Assembly (NCBI GenBank): GCA_976551045.1
Contig: CDPCPM010000248.1
Span: 3,100,001-3,164,000 of the forward strand
DNA length: 64,000 bases
Direction: 5' to 3'
DNA from: Glaucostegus cemiculus
Taxonomy: Eukaryota
Part shown: positions 60,819 to 64,000 of the stretch, piece after piece
Layout: the number at the start of each line of letters is the position of its first letter
Numbering within the stretch: the first letter of the stretch is position 1
Translations under genes and position numbers: made by a program
The notes under the pieces: generated by a model
Databases searched by the model: none
Seen by the model: the letters and a program-made list of their open reading frames with translations, nothing else
What the model was told of the DNA's origin: nothing

Positions 60819-61084
60819 CCATAGAGCATAGAACCATAGAACAATACAGCACAAAACAGGCCCTTCGGCCCACCAAGTTGTGCCGTCCTTCAAACCTCAC
60901 ACGATCTAACTCTTTCCTCCCACATATCCCTCTATTCCATATTCCTGCATGTGCCTATCTAACAATCTCTTGAACCTGTCCAATGTATCTGCCTCCAGCA
61001 TGACCCCAGGCAGCGCATTCCATGCGCCAACCACTCTCTGGGTGAAAAACTTCCCTCTGACATCTCCCCTGAACTTTCCACCCA
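60819..61084 (-). mobile_element. CR1 (HER1-like) 3' end, young
   Basis: ORF 60906-61103 (GGKFRGDVRGKFFTQRVVGAWNALP); near-identical to 33280-33545. Confidence 0.95.
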
Positions 61085-62255
61085 GTCTTCTTCCTACAAA
61101 CACAGTAGTCTACAGATCCCATCCATTTCCTCTGCTAATCCAGTTTGTCTCCTTCACAATTTGGAGAGACTCTCCTGTGTAGGTGCCCAACAGCGTTTCA
61201 CTCTGCTTCAACCAACAGTGTTTGAAGAACTACCAACACACATCAGGATATATAACAGACAGACTTGATGCAGTCTAGATGTGCATACTGATCATGGAGA
61301 TCTCAATTAATTAGATGGATATTAATGTCCTGTAATTGAGATCCTCTTCAGGGTTACAGTAAGATATATTCAACACATCCGTTTCTACCACTTCAGACTC
61401 CAATTCCACCCACAGATTTTACCCCTACAGGAGTGTTCTCCACCTTCACCCACTTGCTCCTTTGGTAAATGGGAAATCTTGCCTATGCCAGCATTTATCT
61501 TTTTAAAGACCTACACTCCTGTGTCATATCCCATCTTCTGTGGCAAAGCATAGCACCATCTTTAGCGAGCATTCTTAGGCTATTAGGATCACATTACAAG
61601 CCTGGCAAAGCCTCCAGCCTTTTACACCCAGATGTCATGCCTTGGCTTTGGCACTCAGTTTTTCAACTGAACTCACTTGTCGCTTCCATGTTCTTCCTCC
61701 TCGTGGCTACTCCACATGCTCCTTCAAATGTTAGGACCAGTCTGTCAAACAATTTTGTTTGAATTGTCTTACTTGCCAGCCTGCATCCTAAACAACCCGA
61801 CAATGGCCAACCAAAAATGGCCTGATAAATGCATCCGTTGTTCAGTATCTTAAGCCTAATAGTGTCTTTGCTATCTGTCTTTTCTGGTCCTTTGCTGCAC
61901 ATGCCAAATTTAACTCTCAAAAATCTCTGAGAGGGCTAACTTAAAATGTCCCTTCAGGACTCTTACGATGTCTTTTAGAGAGACCTTAACCATAGACTCC
62001 AATATAAGAAAACACACCAGCACTGCAAAAATGTCTCACACAATCACTGAAAGGTTTGTAGGGAACGTAGTGTTGCATTATCCAATGTGATCTCACTGCA
62101 CTTTGTAAAATGTGATCCAAGTCCAATCAGCCTGTGCTTTACTGACATAAAATTCCATAAGGAGCCAAAATATACATGTTTTTATAGACATGCAATTCAC
62201 AAATAATTGCACTGTCAGATATTGATTTTATTGATCTTTCCAAATGGTTGTCAGG

Positions 62256-63835
62256 TTGGTATTTGTATTGGTTTATTATTGTCAGTTGTACCGAGGTACA
62301 GTGAAAAGCTTGTCTTACAAACCGATCGTACAGGTCAATTCATTACACAGTGCAGTTACATAGTTAGTACAAAGTGCATTGAAGTAGTACATTAAAAATA
62401 GTAACAGTACAGAATAAAGTGTCACAGCTACAGAGAAAGTGCAGTGCAATAAGGTGCAAGGTCGCACAAGGTAGAATGTGAGGTCACAGACCATCTCATT
62501 GTATAAGGGAACCGTTCAATAGTCTTATCACAGTGGGGAAGAAGCTGTCTTTAAGTCTGGTGGTGGGTGCCCTCAGGCACCTGTATCTTCTACCCGATGG
62601 AAGAGGAGAGAAGAGAGAATGTCCCGGATGAGTGGGGTCTTTGATTATGCTGGCTGCTTCACCAAGACAATGAAAGGTACAGAGTCCAAGGAGGGGAAGC
62701 TGGTGTCCGTGATGCGCTGGGCTGTGTCCACAACTCTCTGAAGCTTCTTGTGGTCCTGGACAGAGCAGTTACCATACCAAGCCATGATACAACCAGATTG
62801 GATGCTTTCTGTGGTGCATCAGTAAAAGCTGGTTAGATTCGAAGGGGACATACCAAATTTCTTCAGCCTCTTAGGGAAGTAGAGGCACTGTTGAGCTTTC
62901 TTGGCTGTGTCATCTACTTGGTGAGACCAGGACAGGCTGTTGGTGATGTTCACACCCAGGAACTTGAAACTCTCCACTCTCTCGACCTCAGCACCACTGA
63001 TGTAGACAGGTGCATGTACACTGCCCCCTTTCCTGAAGTCAATGACCAACTCTTTCATTTTGTTGACATTGAGGGAAAGGTTGTTGTCATGACACCATTC
63101 CACTAAGTTCTCTATCTCCTTCCTGTACTCTGACTCTTCGCTGTTGGAGATATGGCCCACAACGGTGGTATCATCGGCAAACTTGTAAATGGAGTTGAAG
63201 CAGAATCTGGCCACACAGTCGCGAGTGTATAAGGAGTAGAGTAGAGGGCTGAGGACGCAGCCTTGTGGGGCACCGGTGTTGAGAATAATTGTGCCCGAGG
63301 TATTGCTGCCTATCCTCACTGATTGCGGTCTGTTTGTTAGAAAGCCAAGAATCCAGTTGCAGAGAGAAGAGCTGAGTCCTAGATCTTGGAGTTTGGTGAC
63401 AAGCTTGCTTGGAATTATCATATTGAAGGCAGAGCTGTAGTCAATAAACAATAGTCTAACATACATGTCTTTCTTGCCCAGGTGCTCCAGAGCTGAGTGT
63501 AGGGCCAGGGAGATGGCATCTGCTGTAGACCTGTTTTGCCGGTAGGCGAACTGCAATGTGTCCAGGTTGTCTGGGAGGCTGGAGTTGATGCCATGACCAA
63601 CCTCTCAAAGCACTTCATGATAGTGGATGTCAGAGCCACTGGTCGGTAGTCATTGAGGCATGTTACCTTACTTTTCTTTGGTACCGGGATGATAGTGGTC
63701 TTCTTCAAACAGGAGGGAACCTGAGTTTGAAGCAGGGAGAGATTGAATATGTCGGCAAATACTTCTGCCAGCTGGTCAGCACAAGATCTGAGCACGCGGC
63801 CCGGGACACCATCTAGGCCAGGTGCTTTCCTGGCA
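62256..63835 (-). mobile_element. Rex1/Babar LINE, 1.6-kb 5'-truncated copy with a nearly intact RT domain
   Basis: ORF 63418-63846 has [20 protein letters not shown] and [13 protein letters not shown] 62819-63556 has [38 protein letters not shown] and [10 protein letters not shown]. One frameshift between them. Confidence 0.96.
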
Positions 63836-64000
63836 TTCTTAAACATGGGGAATATTTTGAGATCAGAATTGGAGAACAGCAGAAAATACTTAAAGACAAA
63901 GACGTTGGTGTTTACCGTTGTTTTTACTGTTTTCTCATTTTGAAAGTAACCATTTACAGATGTCTACCTAAGCACTATTGCAAATACACAACTCCAAAAG

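Larger units (their letters stand above)
58045..61750 (-). mobile_element. Highly decayed Gypsy-like LTR retrotransposon remnant, interrupted by RTE and CR1
   Basis: On the minus strand a purine tract AAAGGGGAAGCAA precedes a TGT...AATAAA...ACA block (58219 to 58045; candidate 3' LTR). Near 60270-60380 the peptides KWSW / EEKTFLDIKKIL...ALFD resemble the RT-RNaseH linker. The 5' boundary is uncertain. Confidence 0.4.

Overview
Eukaryotic, transposon-rich vertebrate DNA, almost certainly from a cartilaginous fish and probably a ray. This is inferred from the repeat content: HER1-like CR1 LINEs, HE1-like tRNA-derived V-SINEs, Rex1/Babar, RTE, Penelope, Gypsy and Harbinger relics. I recognise no host protein-coding gene, rRNA, tRNA gene or CRISPR array. 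The longer ORFs I can assign are LINE reverse-transcriptase fragments or their antisense shadows, so the window looks intergenic or intronic, with several repeat-free blocks that resemble conserved enhancers. The most unusual structures are: (1) a 1.25-kb insertion at 6854-8105 made of a complete LTR plus an inverted half-LTR under a single 4-bp target duplication; (2) a CR1 that carries a 122-bp copy of nearby genomic DNA at its 5' junction; (3) tandem Penelope terminal repeats with decayed minimal hammerhead-ribozyme motifs; (4) a V-SINE with a Rex1-type rather than CR1-type tail; (5) an internally deleted CR1 whose ORF1 zinc finger became a 51-bp minisatellite; (6) a perfect 30-bp VNTR carrying p53-family half-sites; and (7) a G-U-rich hairpin at the window start. 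Family names come from motif recognition by eye with no database search, and boundaries of old elements are approximate.
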